Shown here: piece by piece, positions 31,675-32,000 of the stretch | Numbering within the stretch: the stretch's first letter is position 1 | Layout of the letters: each line of letters begins with the position of its first letter | Assembly (NCBI RefSeq): GCF_002075285.3 | Contig: NZ_CP021983.2 | Span: 5,070,001-5,102,000, forward strand | Length of the DNA: 32,000 nucleotides | Reading direction: 5' to 3' | DNA from: Halomicronema hongdechloris C2206 | Lineage (GTDB): Bacteria; Cyanobacteriota; Cyanobacteriia; Phormidesmidales; Phormidesmidaceae | Position numbers and translations under genes: made by a program | The notes under the pieces: generated by a model | What the model saw: the letters and a program-made list of their open reading frames with translations, nothing else | The model's database searches: none | Told to the model about the DNA's origin: nothing

Positions 31675-32000
31675 GATTGTTGCGCGGGTGAACTCCTGTT
31701 TTATTGTGATTTTAGTGCGCTTGCGATCGCATCTATGCCTCAGGGTTTTTACTCCCTCTGCCCTCCCCAACTGGACTGGGCATCACCGCCCCCGGCCTGG
31801 AATATCCCCCCTGCCGGAGCCTGGCCCAGACTTTTCAAACTCCCTTGGGCCATGTTAAGTCTGACTAAATAGCCCCCTTCCGTGCAGCCCCGTGGCCACC
31901 AAAAAAACATCGGGTAAGAGTCGATCCAGCAGTCAGCAGAACTCCTCGGCGCCGACGACATCCTCATCGTCGGCAGGATTCAAGGTGCAGATTTTTTATC

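Noticed and set aside
31749-31974. 72-aa minus ORF and a perfect 8-bp hairpin GCCGACGA-N8-TCGTCGGC (31951-31974) at the window edge
   Set aside because: The ORF has no motifs and overlaps the rejected N-terminal extension (31675-31770) of the zinc-ribbon ORF model. The hairpin has no adjacent T-run on either strand, and its context is cut off by the window end.

Overview
This looks like a cyanobacterial chromosome segment. It carries at least 14 copies of the HIP1 palindrome GCGATCGC and many STRR-like 7-8 nt tandem repeats, on a GC-rich backbone. All GC figures here are hand counts on sampled 60-nt lines. Positions 1-9.2 kb hold ordinary housekeeping genes: a RuvX-like nuclease, NAD kinase, an OmpR-type response regulator, a DUF192 protein, a class V aminotransferase, an S9 peptidase and an alpha/beta hydrolase. 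Positions 29.2-31.7 kb hold a HIT protein, an AI-2E transporter and a zinc-ribbon protein. The middle is accessory and mosaic. (a) 9.4-10.1 kb is an AT-rich VapC/DUF2281 toxin-antitoxin pair. (b) 10.2-15.1 kb is a tight three-gene operon: a triple winged-helix protein, an Orc1/Cdc6-like AAA+ ATPase, and a Cas4-like 4Fe-4S PD-(D/E)xK nuclease fused to a soluble FtsK/SpoIIIE motor. I cannot assign it to any named system, and it is my best candidate for an undescribed DNA-targeting or defence module. (c) 15.2-19.0 kb is a heme-enzyme operon: a duplicated DyP-like barrel protein, a DyP peroxidase with two frameshifts, and a mini-catalase. (d) 19.6-28.2 kb is a decaying conflict locus. It holds a P-loop ATPase pseudogene with at least three frameshifts and a roughly 1,500-aa protein (TPR, nSTAND NTPase, TM helix, coiled coil, CHAT). 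That protein's N-terminal module is broken by three frame disruptions, its CHAT domain lacks the catalytic Cys, and its GC content falls from about 65-70% to about 40% inside one open frame. This is followed by a 1.8-kb gene-poor stretch with a possible IS remnant, a 63-bp tandem repeat and a dispersed structured repeat of about 170 bp. I found no rRNA, tRNA or CRISPR array. All functional calls rest on motif-level reading of the translations, with no database search.
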